Positions 1 through 8,436 of a DNA stretch of 32,000 nt are shown in pieces; positions within the stretch are counted from its first letter, which is position 1, and the number at the start of each line of letters is the position of its first letter. The notes beneath the pieces were generated by a model that was not told the origin of the DNA, made no database searches, and saw nothing but the letters and a program-made list of their open reading frames with translations. The position numbers and the translations under genes were made by a program. Origin of the DNA: Megasphaera elsdenii DSM 20460 (GTDB taxonomy: Bacteria > Bacillota > Negativicutes > Veillonellales > Megasphaeraceae); NCBI RefSeq assembly GCF_003010495.1, contig NZ_CP027570.1, forward strand, positions 1,380,001 to 1,412,000. The letters run 5' to 3'.

Positions 1-2192
1 CCGTCCGCGAAGTCTTCGTCACGCTTTACGAAAAGGGCCTCATTTATCAGGGCCAGCGCATCACCAACTGGTGCCCGCACTGCCATACGGCCCTGTCGGA
101 CATCGAAGTTGACCATTCCGACGTGCAAGGCCATCTGTGGTACATCAAATACCCTGTTGTCGGTGAAGACGACTATATCATGATTGCCACGACTCGTCCG
201 GAAACAATCATGGGCGATACGGCTGTTGCCGTCAACCCGGCTGATGATCGCATGAAGAAGTATATCGGCAAGAAAGTCGTCGTCCCCCTCGTCGACCGCG
301 AAGTCGAAGTCATTGCTGACGATTACGTCGATATCGGCTTTGGTACTGGCGCCGTCAAGATTACGCCGGCTCACGACCCGAACGACTTTGAAATGGGCCA
401 GCGCCATAACCTGGAATCCATCATGATCATGAACCTCGACGGTACGATGAACGAAAAAGCCGGTGCGAAATACAACGGCATGACCCGTGAAGATTGCCGT
501 AAAGCCGTCGTCGCTGACTTGAAAGAATTGGGCCTCCTCGATCATATCGAAGAATTGACCCATGCCGTCGGCCATTGCTCGCGCTGCAAGACGACGGTCG
601 AACCCTTCGTCACCAAGCAGTGGTTCGTAAAGATGAAACCGCTGACCGAAGCAGCCCTCAAAGCCGTCGAAGATGGCCACACGAAATTCATCCCGGATCG
701 TTTCGTCAAGATTTACAACCATTGGCTGGAAGATGTCCACGACTGGTGCATCAGCCGCCAACTCTGGTGGGGCCATCAGATCCCTGTCTGGTACTGCGAC
801 GACTGCGGCAAGTCCTCGGTTAGCCGGGAAGATATTACGGAATGTCAGCACTGCCACAGCAAAAACATCCACCGCGACCCGGACGTCCTCGATACATGGT
901 TCAGCTCGGCCCTCTGGCCTTTCTCGACAATGGGCTGGCCTGATAAGACGCCGGATCTCCAGCAGTTCTTCCCGACCAGCGTCCTGGTCACGGGCTATGA
1001 CATCATCTTCTTCTGGGTTGCCCGCATGATGTTCATGACCTGTGAATTCATGAAGGATATTCCCTTCAAGAACGTTTTCATCCACGGTCTGGTCCGCGAT
1101 AGCCAGGGCCGCAAGATGAGTAAATCCCTGGGCAATGGCATCGATCCCCTGGGCGTCTGCGAACAGTACGGCGCCGACGCCCTGCGCTTCACCTTGGTTA
1201 CAGGCAACACACCGGGCAACGACATGCGCTTCTACATGGAACGCGTCGAAGCCAACCGCAACTTTGCCAATAAGATTTGGAACGCCTCGAAATTCGTCAT
1301 CATGAACCTCGGCGATTTCGATGAAAACTTCGTTCCCGAAGATAAAGACCTGACCCTGGCCGACCGCTGGATCCTCACGTCCTTCAATGAAACCGTCACG
1401 AAAGTCACGGAAGACCTCGATAAATTTGAACTCGGCGACGCTGCCGATGCCGTTTACAACTTCATCTGGAACTCCTACTGCGACTGGTACATCGAACTGG
1501 CTAAGAAGCGCCTCTATCAGGCTGCAAGCGAACGGGACAAACATACGGTTCAGTACGTCCTGGTCTATGTCCTGACGCATACCCTGGAAATGCTCCATCC
1601 CTTCATGCCTTTCGTTACGGAACATCTCTGGCAGCACCTGCCTCACGAAGGCGAAAGCATCATCGTCGCTCCTTGGCCGAAGACGCAGGATAAATGGAAC
1701 TTCCCGGCCGATGCCGCTACCATGAATACCATGATGGAAGCCATCAAGGGCATCCGTAACCTCCGTGCCGAATCGAACGTCCCCATGGGCAAAAAGGCTC
1801 CGGTCATCCTGGCCCCGGCTACGGAAGACATGGCTCAGACTTTGAAGACCTACGAAGATTACTTCCATACTCTGGCCTTTGCCGATAAAGTAACTCTCCT
1901 GGCTGCCGGCGATGCTAAACCGGAAAATGCCGTCGTCGCCGTCGTCCCGGGCATTGAAGTCTACTTACAGCTCAAAGACCTCATCGACGTAGAAAAAGAA
2001 ACGGCCCGTGTCCAGAAGGAACAGGAAAAGCTCCAGAAGGAAATCGCCCGCCTCGACAAGAAATTGTCCAACCAGGGCTTCCTGTCGAAAGCACCGGCAG
2101 CGGTCGTCGAAAAAGAAAAGGGCAAACTTGCCGATTACCAGGAAAAGATGGCTGCCTTGACTAAGCGTATGGAAGACCTGGCTAAACTCTAA
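1..2192 (+). CDS. valS: Valine--tRNA ligase (ValRS), 5'-truncated by the window edge
   Basis: The reading frame is open from nt 3 (VREVFVTLYEKGLIYQGQRITNWCPHCHTALSD...) and runs into ORF 123..2192. It has the class I KMSKS motif (GRKMSKSLGNGIDP), the ValRS zinc-type CxxC motifs and a C-terminal coiled coil (KEQEKLQKEIARLDKKL). Confidence 0.95.
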   Translation, partial: VREVFVTLYEKGLIYQGQRITNWCPHCHTALSDIEVDHSDVQGHLWYIKYPVVGEDDYIMIATTRPETIMGDTAVAVNPADDRMKKYIGKKVVVPLVDREVEVIADDYVDIGFGTGAVKITPAHDPNDFEMGQRHNLESIMIMNLDGTMNEKAGAKYNGMTREDCRKAVVADLKELGLLDHIEELTHAVGHCSRCKTTVEPFVTKQWFVKMKPLTEAALKAVEDGHTKFIPDRFVKIYNHWLEDVHDWCISRQLWWGHQIPVWYCDDCGKSSVSREDITECQHCHSKNIHRDPDVLDTWFSSALWPFSTMGWPDKTPDLQQFFPTSVLVTGYDIIFFWVARMMFMTCEFMKDIPFKNVFIHGLVRDSQGRKMSKSLGNGIDPLGVCEQYGADALRFTLVTGNTPGNDMRFYMERVEANRNFANKIWNASKFVIMNLGDFDENFVPEDKDLTLADRWILTSFNETVTKVTEDLDKFELGDAADAVYNFIWNSYCDWYIELAKKRLYQAASERDKHTVQYVLVYVLTHTLEMLHPFMPFVTEHLWQHLPHEGESIIVAPWPKTQDKWNFPADAATMNTMMEAIKGIRNLRAESNVPMGKKAPVILAPATEDMAQTLKTYEDYFHTLAFADKVTLLAAGDAKPENAVVAVVPGIEVYLQLKDLIDVEKETARVQKEQEKLQKEIARLDKKLSNQGFLSKAPAAVVEKEKGKLADYQEKMAALTKRMEDLAKL

Positions 2193-2201
2193 GGGGCAAT
2201 C

Positions 2202-3509
2202 ATGACCTACGAACAAGCAATCGACTATCTGGAATCAGCCAATGTCTTTGGCATCCAGCTGGGACTCGGGCGTATCCAGGCTTTACTGGAACGCCTGGGC
2301 AATCCCCAGAATAACTATAAGACCATTCACATCACCGGGACCAACGGCAAGGGCTCGGTGACGGCCATGATCGCATCGGTCCTGACGGAAGCCGGCTTCC
2401 GGACGGGCCGCTATACGTCGCCTCATCTGGAAGATTACACGGAACGGATCCATATCGACCATCACGATATTTCCCGCGACGACTTCGCCAAAGCCGTAGC
2501 CGTCGTCAAAGACGCCGTGACGGCCATGGTCGCTGCCGGCGGGGAAGGGCCGACGGAATTTGAAATGATTACGGCTGCCGCTTTCTGGTATTTCGACTAC
2601 ATCGGCGTCGATTACGCCGTCATCGAAGTCGGCCTGGGCGGCCTCCTCGATTCGACGAACGTCATCGTCCCCGTCGTATCGGTCATTACCAACGTCGCCA
2701 TGGATCACATGAAATACTGTGGCAATACGATCGAAGCCATTGCCGAACAGAAGGCGGGCATCATCAAAGAAGGTGTCCCCGTCGTCACGACGGCTGATGG
2801 GGCCGCTTTGAAGGTCATCGCCCGCAAGGCTTATGAAAAGCACAGCCGCCTCTACGCCCTGGACCACAGTTTCGACGTCATCGGCAATGCCGGGCCGGAA
2901 GACCCGGCAACGGGGCAGATGGTGACGGTCCGCGAAAAGTACGGCTTTGCCATTACGACGGTCCTGCCGCTTTTGGGAAAACACCAGCGGACGAATTGTG
3001 CCGCTGCGCTCATGACCCTGCTCATCCTGGCCCGCCATGAAAAGAAACTGACCCGGACGGTCCTGGAAAACGGCATCCGCCACGTCCAGTGGCCAGGCCG
3101 CTTCCAGGTCTTCAAGGCCGGAGATATCGACGTCGTCCTCGACGGGGCCCATAATCCGGCCGGTATCGATACCTTCTGCAAGACCTATGAAGATGTCTTT
3201 GCCTCGCGGAAGCGGGTCTTCCTGTTCTCCGTCCTGGCCGATAAAGATTACAGCCAGATGGTACGGGAACTCTTCCACGACGACGATTACGTCATCTGCG
3301 CGCCGGCACCGACGCCTCGCTCGGCCGACCCGAAAGCCATGGCGGCCATGCTGCCGTGTAAAGCCGACTGGGCCGGCACCATCGCCGAAGGCCTGGATAA
3401 AGCCCTGGCCGCAGTCCAACCGGACCAGGTCCTGTGCATCGTCGGCTCCCTGTACATCCAGGGAGAAGTCCGGAAATACTTCCGGGATAGATATCGTATG
3501 GAATTGTGA
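2202..3509 (+). CDS. folC: Bifunctional folylpolyglutamate synthase / dihydrofolate synthase
   Basis: 435 aa with the Mur-ligase P-loop ITGTNGKGS and a FolC-like C-terminal domain. It lies 9 nt downstream of valS, the classic valS-folC synteny of Firmicutes. Confidence 0.9.
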   Translation: MTYEQAIDYLESANVFGIQLGLGRIQALLERLGNPQNNYKTIHITGTNGKGSVTAMIASVLTEAGFRTGRYTSPHLEDYTERIHIDHHDISRDDFAKAVAVVKDAVTAMVAAGGEGPTEFEMITAAAFWYFDYIGVDYAVIEVGLGGLLDSTNVIVPVVSVITNVAMDHMKYCGNTIEAIAEQKAGIIKEGVPVVTTADGAALKVIARKAYEKHSRLYALDHSFDVIGNAGPEDPATGQMVTVREKYGFAITTVLPLLGKHQRTNCAAALMTLLILARHEKKLTRTVLENGIRHVQWPGRFQVFKAGDIDVVLDGAHNPAGIDTFCKTYEDVFASRKRVFLFSVLADKDYSQMVRELFHDDDYVICAPAPTPRSADPKAMAAMLPCKADWAGTIAEGLDKALAAVQPDQVLCIVGSLYIQGEVRKYFRDRYRMEL

Positions 3510-3539
3510 TATTTGACAATTGCAAACCTCAAACTCAAA

Positions 3540-3572
3540 AAGGGCTTGTCGCCGTGCGACAAGCCCTTTTCA
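3540..3572 (+). terminator. Intrinsic terminator after folC
   Basis: Perfect 13-bp stem AAGGGCTTGTCGC / GCGACAAGCCCTT with loop CGT, followed by TTTT. The core GGCTTGTCGCCGTGCGACAAGCC is identical to the hairpin at 5684..5716. Confidence 0.8.
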
Positions 3573-3593
3573 TTGCGCCTTTGCGCCTTGTTA

Positions 3594-3602
3594 TGGTAAA
3601 AT
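3594..3602 (+). promoter_or_regulatory. Candidate extended -10 element (TGGTAAAAT) for the downstream membrane-protein gene
   Basis: TGnTAAAAT lies about 40 nt upstream of the ATG at 3642. The same TATGGTAAAAT string occurs on the minus strand upstream of the ACT gene (10219..10227). Confidence 0.35.
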
Positions 3603-3641
3603 GATACATATATTTTACACGGAATGTAAGGAGCGAAGGAT

Positions 3642-4919
3642 ATGAAGCGGATAATACGGACTGGCAGTACGCCAGCCGAGCGGGCACGGCTGCGCGTCGT
3701 CTATGCCATGGCAGGGACTGTTTTTTTTATGCCTTTGAACTTGTTCATCATGGAAGGCTTTTTCATCATTGCCCTGGGACTGGGGCTTTATTATTGTAAA
3801 AAATATCCTAAACTGACCTTGCGCCAGTCGCCGCTGTCCCTGCCGGCAGCCGGTTTTGCCCTGGCCGCCTTCCTGTCTCTTGTGGGCTCGCCACACTTCC
3901 TCTTGGGAACGGCTTTTTACGTCTTCACGGTCTTGCAATACGTCGTGCTCTACTATGGTATCCTCTTGTTTGTCCGTCATTCCTGGGAGCGGCGCCTGCT
4001 CTTTTCGACGCTCCTCCTCAGTGCTTTCATCGTCGCCCTGTACGGCCTGTACCAGTATGCCCATATGCTGACCCTCCACGAAGCCGAATGGGTCGATAAT
4101 TCAGCCTTTCCCATGCTGCGGCGCCGCATGTATTCGACATTGTACAACCCCAACTTATTGTCTGCCTTCCTGCTGATCATCATGAGTGCGGCGGCGTCGA
4201 TGATGATCTGTACCCGCCACCGCTGGCATCATGTCATGTACCTGGCCTTTTTTGCCATCCTGGCCTTGTGCCTGGTCCTGACCTATTCCCGTGGTGCCTG
4301 GCTCAGCGTCTGCGCCCTGGTCTTTTTCTTCGGCCTCTTCTGGGATAAACGGGTATGGCTCCTCTTTTTGGCAGGTCCTTTGATCCTGGCCTTTTATCAC
4401 GGTGGCGTCGCCGACCGCCTGATGTCCATTTTCAGCCACAGCGAAGCGGATACGTCCGTGTCCATGCGCATGGACATGTGGGAAGCGGCTATTGCCATGT
4501 TCGTCGACCATCCCGTCCTGGGTATCGGCTGGGGCGCTTTCAAGCACGTCTATCCGGTATATAATGAATTGATTCAGGAAGCGGGCATCGTCATCTTCCA
4601 CGCCCATAATATGTACCTCAACATCCTGGCTGAAACGGGCCTGGCTGGCTTTTTTTTCGGCTTATGGTTCTTCTTCGGCAATGCCTGGTATGCCATCGGC
4701 TATTTGCGCAGCCATAAGGAACATACCTTTGACCGTTCTCTGGCCATGAGCCTGGCTGCCGCCGTCTTGTCCCTGGCCATCAGCGGTATGAGCGACTACG
4801 ATTTATTTAGTACCCAGATTTCACTTACCTTTTGGCTCATGAGCGCCCTTTTCGCCAATATGTACGGCGAAGAATGTGAAAAAAACAGCAAAAATAGTTT
4901 GCGAAATAATTCACAATGA
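3642..4919 (+). CDS. O-antigen ligase / polymerase family (Wzy_C-like) integral membrane protein
   Basis: 425 aa and strongly hydrophobic, with many predicted TM segments. It has YSRGAWLS and the periplasmic-loop motif FHAHNMYLNILAETGLAGFF typical of the O-antigen ligase-like family. RBS AAGGAG is 8 nt upstream. Confidence 0.7.
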   Translation: MKRIIRTGSTPAERARLRVVYAMAGTVFFMPLNLFIMEGFFIIALGLGLYYCKKYPKLTLRQSPLSLPAAGFALAAFLSLVGSPHFLLGTAFYVFTVLQYVVLYYGILLFVRHSWERRLLFSTLLLSAFIVALYGLYQYAHMLTLHEAEWVDNSAFPMLRRRMYSTLYNPNLLSAFLLIIMSAAASMMICTRHRWHHVMYLAFFAILALCLVLTYSRGAWLSVCALVFFFGLFWDKRVWLLFLAGPLILAFYHGGVADRLMSIFSHSEADTSVSMRMDMWEAAIAMFVDHPVLGIGWGAFKHVYPVYNELIQEAGIVIFHAHNMYLNILAETGLAGFFFGLWFFFGNAWYAIGYLRSHKEHTFDRSLAMSLAAAVLSLAISGMSDYDLFSTQISLTFWLMSALFANMYGEECEKNSKNSLRNNSQ

Positions 4920-4927
4920 TATATAAT
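4899..4927 (+). promoter_or_regulatory. Candidate sigma-70 type promoter of rex (TTGCGA-17 nt-TATAAT)
   Basis: The -35 TTGCGA is at 4899..4904 and the -10 TATAAT at 4922..4927, with a 17-nt spacer. It overlaps the stop codon of the upstream gene. Confidence 0.45.
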
Positions 4928-4931
4928 AAGC

Positions 4932-4949
4932 TTGTGACTATTATCACTA
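4932..4949. promoter_or_regulatory. Candidate Rex operator (TTGTGACTATTATCACTA)
   Basis: It matches the published Rex box TTGTGAA-N4-TTCACAA at 11 of 14 specified positions. It lies immediately downstream of the putative rex -10 element. Confidence 0.5.
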
Positions 4950-5008
4950 GATAAGATGACTTATAGCTATAGGGAATAGCTTGGGACATAGTTGGAGGGT
5001 ATTATCCA

Positions 5009-5643
5009 TGAGACAGAAAAAGGCAATATCGGATGCTGTCATCGAACGATTGCCGCTGTACTACAGGGACTTGCTGTTATTGCAAGATGCGGGAATCGAT
5101 ATTATCTCATCCGAAAAATTAGGGGAACGACTCGGCATTACACCGGAACAGATCCGTAAAGACCTGACCTGCTTCGGCGCTTTTGGGAAAAAGGGCGTAG
5201 GCTATTACGTCAGCGAATTATGCCAGCAGATCGTAGAAATCATCGGTCTGCAGCAGCATTGGAAAATCGGCATCGCCGGCATCGGCCATCTCGGCTGGGC
5301 CTTGGCGAACTATAAGACTTTCGGCCGCCTGGGCTTCCGCACGACAGGCTTGTTCGACGTCGATCACCGTATCATCGGCCAGAACGTCGGCGGCGTCGAA
5401 GTCACGCCGATTTCTGAAATGGGCGAAGTCATTCAGCGCGAAGGCATCCAGATCGGCATCATTACGACGCCGGCAGCCGTTGCCCAGCAGGTCGCCGACC
5501 AGATGGTCGCTGCCGGCATCCGGGGCATCCTGTCCTTTGCACCGCTGCGCCTGACCGTACCAGACGGCATCTTCGTCTTCCGCGAAGACCTGTCCATCGG
5601 CCTGAGCCGCATTTCGTACTATTTAACGAATAAGAAAGATTAG
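5009..5643 (+). CDS. rex: Redox-sensing transcriptional repressor Rex
   Basis: MRQKKAISDAVIERLPLYYRDL forms the N-terminal winged helix, and the Rossmann motif is IAGIGHLGWALANY. I chose the ATG at 5009 (RBS GGAGGG 7 nt upstream) over the TTG at 4981 given in the ORF track. Confidence 0.9.
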
Positions 5644-5683
5644 TGGTTCGTGGCTAACCACTAACCACTAGCTGCTAACCACT
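5641..5683. repeat. Heptamer-phased word array (GTGGTTC then CTAACCA type)
   Basis: The sequence is TAGTGGTTCGTGGCTAACCACTAACCACTAGCTGCTAACCACTAA. CTAA/CTAG occurs at 5654, 5661, 5668, 5675 and 5682, an exact 7-nt period. The first 3 nt are the rex stop codon. Confidence 0.85.
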
Positions 5684-5716
5684 AAAAAGGCTTGTCGCCG
5701 TGCGACAAGCCTTTTT
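5684..5716 (+). terminator. Intrinsic terminator after rex
   Basis: AAAAAGGCTTGTCGC cgt GCGACAAGCCTTTTT: a perfect stem flanked by an A-tract and a T-tract. Confidence 0.85.
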
Positions 5717-5719
5717 CTA

Positions 5720-5728
5720 TGCTATAAT
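5720..5728 (+). promoter_or_regulatory. Candidate extended -10 promoter element (TGCTATAAT) for the alarmone synthetase / two-component operon
   Basis: TGnTATAAT lies about 42 nt upstream of the ATG at 5770, directly after the rex terminator. Confidence 0.5.
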
Positions 5729-5769
5729 ATTCCTACATTCCAACACTTATAGAATGAGGTGATACTATT

Positions 5770-6384
5770 ATGGATTCTATCTACGGTTCCTATGGACCGG
5801 CTTTGGACGCGACGCTGAATGATATTATCGGCCGTATCCAGGCTTATAGTGATGATATGAAGAACAAGACGGGCGAAGCCGCTTATGAACATCTGATTTA
5901 CCGCATCAAGTCGGAAAACAGCATGCGGGAGAAATGCGACCGCAAGGGCCTGCCGCAGACGGCTTACTCGGCACTCCACGATATCCGCGATGCCATCGGT
6001 ATCCGCATCGTCTGCTGCTTCCTCGATGATATTTACAGGGCCATTGATTTTCTCAAAAGCCTGGACGGCGTCCGCATCGTCGAAGAAAAAGATTATATCC
6101 GCCACGTCAAACCCAATGGCTACCGCAGTTACCACGTCATTTTGGAACTGGAAGAACCTTATGAAGACGTGACTGGCGCCAATCCGGGCCATTTTTACGC
6201 TGAAGTCCAGCTGCGCACGATTGCCATGGATTCCTGGGCCAGCCTGGAACACCAGATGAAATACAAGCATGACATCAAGAATCCGGAACTCATCGTCCGG
6301 GAACTCAAGCGCTGTGCCGATGAACTGGCATCGTGCGACGTGTCCATGCAGACTATCCGCAATTTGATCCATGCACAAGAATAA
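5770..6384 (+). CDS. Small alarmone synthetase (RelA/SpoT-domain GTP pyrophosphokinase, RelP/RelQ-like)
   Basis: A 204-aa single-domain protein with the synthetase signatures GYRSYHVILE and EVQLRTIAMDSWASLEHQMKYK. It has no hydrolase (HD) or TGS/ACT domains. RBS GAGGTGA is present. Confidence 0.85.
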   Translation: MDSIYGSYGPALDATLNDIIGRIQAYSDDMKNKTGEAAYEHLIYRIKSENSMREKCDRKGLPQTAYSALHDIRDAIGIRIVCCFLDDIYRAIDFLKSLDGVRIVEEKDYIRHVKPNGYRSYHVILELEEPYEDVTGANPGHFYAEVQLRTIAMDSWASLEHQMKYKHDIKNPELIVRELKRCADELASCDVSMQTIRNLIHAQE

Positions 6385-6396
6385 GGGGGAATTGTC

Positions 6397-7083
6397 ATGC
6401 GCCTTCTCTTAGCTGAAGATGAAAAAGAAATGTCCGCTGCCTTAGTGGCAATCCTGACCCATTCCGGGTACGAAGTGGACGCCGTCTATGATGGCCAGGC
6501 TGCCGTCGATAAGGCCCTGTCCCAGTCGTATGACTGCATGATCTTCGATATCATGATGCCCAAGAAGGACGGCGTCCAGGCCTTGAAGGAAATCCGTGAA
6601 AAAGGGAATATGACGCCGGTCATCATGCTGACGGCCAAAGCCGAAATCGACGACCGCATTACCGGCCTCGATGCCGGTGCCGATGATTATCTGACCAAGC
6701 CCTTCGCCATGGGGGAACTTTTGGCCCGCCTGCGCTCTCTGACGCGGCGGTCGACGGCCTTTACACCGTCGAAACTCACCGTCGGCAATGTCGAACTCGA
6801 CGTGGAAGAACAGGAACTGGCCTGCCGCAACTCCATCCGCCTGGCCAATAAGGAAACGAAGCTCATGAGATTCTTTATGGCTAATGTTGGCAAAACCTTG
6901 TCGACAGCTCAGATTTTTGACAATGTATGGGGCGACGAAGATGATGTCGACGATAGCATCGTCTTTATTTATGTCTCCTATTTACGGGAAAAACTCGAAG
7001 CCGTCCAGGCCGATGTCGAAATCGTCGGCGAAAGAGGGCAGGACTATGTCCTGACTTTGAAAGAAGCGTCTGCGGAGGTCTAG
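6397..7083 (+). CDS. OmpR/PhoB-family response regulator
   Basis: Receiver domain (LLAEDE, DCMIFDIMMPKKDG, LTAK) plus a C-terminal winged-helix trans_reg_C domain. It starts 12 nt after the synthetase stop. Confidence 0.9.
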   Translation: MRLLLAEDEKEMSAALVAILTHSGYEVDAVYDGQAAVDKALSQSYDCMIFDIMMPKKDGVQALKEIREKGNMTPVIMLTAKAEIDDRITGLDAGADDYLTKPFAMGELLARLRSLTRRSTAFTPSKLTVGNVELDVEEQELACRNSIRLANKETKLMRFFMANVGKTLSTAQIFDNVWGDEDDVDDSIVFIYVSYLREKLEAVQADVEIVGERGQDYVLTLKEASAEV

Positions 7084-7086
7084 ACC

Positions 7087-8361
7087 ATGAATATGATCAA
7101 ACGCCTGCGCCGTAAATTCATCATCATGGCGACAATCGGCGTCCTCGTCGTCCTCGGTGGCGCCCTGGGCCTCATCAATACCATTGCCTACATGCGGATG
7201 CATCAGCAGGTCATGTCCGTATTGACCTATATCATCCATAATGATGGCGCTGTGCCGCAAAAAATCGGCGGCGATGACGGCAGTTTCTTCAGCGACCCAT
7301 CGTGGACGGAAGAAACGCCGGAATTTGCCTATCAGATACGCTTTTTCAGCGTCCTCGTCAGTGCTGATGGCTACGCACAGCATATCGACATCCAGCATAT
7401 CGCCTCATTTTCTGAAAAGGAAGCCATCGAATACGCCCGGACGACCGTTGCCGAAGCCAGGAGAAGCGGGGAGAACCAGGGATTTTTCAAGAAAGGACGG
7501 GCCAGTTATGCCTATATGATCATGCCTGACGACGACGGCAGTTTCCTCATCGTTATCCTCGACTGCACACGCGATGTTGCCGCCGTCTCCTCGTTCCTTC
7601 GCTATTCTCTCTGGTTCGGCCTGGGCTGTGTCATCCTTTACGTCCTCATCCTGGCGGCCATGTGCAACATCGCTATCCGGCCTTTCGTCCGCAACATGGA
7701 GAACCAGAAACGATTCATCACCAACGCCGGCCATGAGCTCAAGACGCCGATTGCCATCATTTCAGCCAATGCCGAAGCCATCGAGATGCTCAACGGCCAG
7801 AGTCAGTGGACAGACAGCATCCTCAAGCAGGTCCGCCGCCTGTCCAATCTTATCCAGGACCTGATCATGCTGTCCAAGATGGGCGAACGCTCGCAAGTCG
7901 ATTTAGTCATTACCGATGTCGACTTGTCGGCCACGGTCCGGTCTGTCGCCGAATCCTTCCAGCAGCTGGCTGTTGATGCGGAAAAGACCTTGCATACTGA
8001 TATTGCCGATGGCATCCATGTCAAAGGCGACAGCAAATGCCTGTATGAACTGGTCAATATCCTCGTCGACAATGCCGTCAAGTACTGCGATGACCACGGG
8101 GACATCCAAGTTTCCCTGCGCCGTCCCCGCCTGGGAAAGGGGGCTGTCGTCGCCGTGACCAATACCTATGCCGATGGGGCCAATGTCGACTATTCCCGCT
8201 TCTTTGAACGCTTCTACCGCGGCGATACGTCCCATAACAGCCAGAAAGCCGGCTATGGCATCGGCCTGTCTATGGCCGAAGAATTGACGAAACTCATGGA
8301 CGGTAAAATCAATGTGTCGTACAAAGCCCAACGTATAACGTTTACTGTTCGCCTGGGCTGA
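7087..8361 (+). CDS. Sensor histidine kinase (two TM segments, extracytoplasmic sensor domain)
   Basis: H-box NAGHELKTPI, N-box LVDNAVKY and G-box GYGIGLSMA. TM segments flank an external domain of about 140 aa. It starts 3 nt after the regulator stop. Confidence 0.9.
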   Translation: MNMIKRLRRKFIIMATIGVLVVLGGALGLINTIAYMRMHQQVMSVLTYIIHNDGAVPQKIGGDDGSFFSDPSWTEETPEFAYQIRFFSVLVSADGYAQHIDIQHIASFSEKEAIEYARTTVAEARRSGENQGFFKKGRASYAYMIMPDDDGSFLIVILDCTRDVAAVSSFLRYSLWFGLGCVILYVLILAAMCNIAIRPFVRNMENQKRFITNAGHELKTPIAIISANAEAIEMLNGQSQWTDSILKQVRRLSNLIQDLIMLSKMGERSQVDLVITDVDLSATVRSVAESFQQLAVDAEKTLHTDIADGIHVKGDSKCLYELVNILVDNAVKYCDDHGDIQVSLRRPRLGKGAVVAVTNTYADGANVDYSRFFERFYRGDTSHNSQKAGYGIGLSMAEELTKLMDGKINVSYKAQRITFTVRLG

Positions 8362-8390
8362 TTTTCCCTATAGGGAAAGCGCCTGACCTG

Positions 8391-8399
8391 TGATATAAT
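8391..8399 (+). promoter_or_regulatory. Candidate extended -10 promoter (TGATATAAT) of the DAHP synthase gene
   Basis: The string GTGATATAAT recurs upstream of three other genes in this window (10288, 15529, 24483). It is preceded by the perfect palindrome TTTCCCTATAGGGAAA at 8363..8378. Confidence 0.5.
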
Positions 8400-8436
8400 G
8401 TGACCAACATCACTTTTATTCAGGGGGAAGATACTA

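Noticed and set aside
2283-3419. Long antisense ORFs opposite well-supported genes. Examples are 2283..3419, 8467..9306, 15637..16440, 17566..19029, 21517..22491 and 29065..30144 (up to 487 aa).
   Set aside because: Each lies fully inside a confidently identified gene on the other strand. Their translations are low-complexity and rich in R, G, D and A, with no recognisable motifs. Long open antisense frames are expected in GC-rich, codon-biased coding sequence.
3502-3521. The imperfect palindrome AATTGTGATATTTGACAATT at the folC stop might be a second Rex box.
   Set aside because: The half-sites TTGTGA and TGACAA are spaced by 4 nt rather than 6. The right half does not match TCACAA. The position, inside a gene end and upstream of a terminator, is not promoter-proximal.
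5641-5683. The short tandem words could have been a CRISPR array or a coding tandem repeat.
   Set aside because: The repeat unit is 7 nt with no spacers, and each array is under 50 nt. No cas genes are present, and the arrays are full of stop codons in every frame.
5770-6384. The small alarmone synthetase might be a toxSAS toxin or a CapRel-like defence module.
   Set aside because: There is no adjacent small antitoxin ORF and no fused C-terminal sensor domain. Composition matches the core genome. The gene is followed by a two-component system, as in housekeeping relP-type operons.
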